Assembly (NCBI RefSeq): GCF_006345805.1
Contig: NC_042999.1
Coordinates: 139,252,001 to 139,316,000, forward strand
Length of the DNA: 64,000 bases
Direction: 5' to 3'
Source: Octopus sinensis
Taxonomy: Eukaryota
Part shown: positions 62,845 to 64,000 of the stretch, piece after piece
How the letters are laid out: the number at the start of each line of letters is the position of its first letter
Position numbering within the stretch: the stretch's first letter is position 1
Notes under the pieces: model-generated
The model's database searches: none
Told to the model about the DNA's origin: nothing
Seen by the model: the letters and a program-made list of their open reading frames with translations, nothing else
Position numbers and translations under genes: made by a program

Positions 62845-63688
62845 TATATATAAAAGAAAGGTTGTGTGTCTGTCTACTCCGATTTAGATTCCTAACTACT
62901 CCCACATTTTGCGATGCAGTTTAACCAAAACCGGGTATCTTATAGTCGTGATTCATATCGAGCCCTTCTGGGTATTAGCGCGCGTCTACAATGAGTCTAC
63001 GATTTTACAAATAATTTACCATCATTTTTTTCCATTTTAATGCATATTTCTTTAAATAAAGGGAAGTAACTCTCAAACTTCACACCAATATGCGTGCTCA
63101 TATGCGACGTAATATCACATCAGCAGCATTTCCTCACACCCTCCTTGCACTTGGCGAAGGCAAAATACCAGGGGATGAAAATGGTAATATTGCCATCGAT
63201 TCCATTTGTACCATTGTTAAGACGCCTTCTGATCTCAGAGATGCAGTGTTCCCAGATCTACAAGCTAATTATCAGAATATGGATTGGATTGGCAAAAAGG
63301 CTATACTGGCCCCGAGGAATAAAACTGTTCACCATATTAATGATGAAATGCTAAAACTCACTCCTGGGGGAAGTCTATGTATATCAGTCTATCGATACAA
63401 CTCCTGACCCAGAGGACGTCATCAACTATCCAATAGAGGTACTCAATTCCTTTGAGCACCCCGGACTACCACCACACTTTCTCAAACTTAAAGTTGGTGC
63501 CCCTATAATGCTCATCAGAAATTTGGTTCCCCCAAAACAATGCAATGGCACACGTTTGATCGTTAAGTCCTTATCTCCCACCGTAAACTTATATCAATAT
63601 TTGCCTGAATAATCATCATAATTCAGTGCAATCATTAACAGTACTTTCAAGCAATTCAGCCCCGAGCAACGCCGGGCAATTCTGCTAG
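62845..63688 (+). mobile_element. Internally deleted Helitron retaining a Pif1-type helicase fragment
   Basis: AILAPRNKTV and LKLKVGAPIMLIRNL...CNGTRLIVK relic at ~63075-63585. Hairpin plus CTAG|T end. Confidence 0.88.
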
Positions 63689-64000
63689 TATATATATATA
63701 TATACTTTGTATAATTAGGGTTCAGCAAAATAATTTACTTTACCACACACCGAACTTTTAGAAATAGCAGCCAAAGAATTTAGCTATTTCCTCTACTATA
63801 AGAAGAGTCTCCCAGACAATGTATACTCAAAAATAATTCACGTAGGTATAGAGGGAAAAATAACAAAAGATCACTCGTACATCGATTACCGAGAACGCCG
63901 TTTCTGGGTTAGTTAGATATAGAGATGCTAGAAATACATACCTATATCAACATTCCTGTCATCAGCCCAAGATTTCGTTAAGTTTAAATTTGAGAGCACT

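Noticed and set aside
63090-63407. Host Pif1 helicase gene
   Set aside because: The fragment is frameshifted and enclosed by Helitron termini.

Overview
AT-rich animal genomic DNA dense in microsatellites and transposons. The repeat repertoire resembles an Octopus (coleoid cephalopod) genome; this is an inference from repeat content, not a database match. One host gene is recoverable on the minus strand by reading splice signals: a TATA box at 44243-44251, then seven phase-1 exons at 44205-44175, 43112-43074, 39793-39776, 21557-21522, 17309-17295, 5354-4788 and 3758-3744. They splice in frame to MKLSVIAAFAALLALCLIAAGEPLSRKIIKKPDIFPIKPGKKPPAPSCDKAVADVMLVLDDSGS...KRTCNVLPVP. This is a secreted, very basic von Willebrand factor A (VWA) domain protein whose 3' end runs off the left edge. 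Six of the seven exons are 15-39 nt and invisible in the ORF track. The introns and upstream region hold a stack of Dong/R4-like REL-endonuclease LINEs in (TAA)n tracts, four Penelope-like elements (two forming a ~4 kb palindrome), mariner/Tc1 elements, a probable Chapaev3 relic, Helitron derivatives and SINEs. The most unusual signal is a set of minimal type-I hammerhead ribozyme folds in Penelope-type repeats. They show three versions of the catalytic-core 3-8 pair: canonical C3-G8, U3-A8 and G3-C8.
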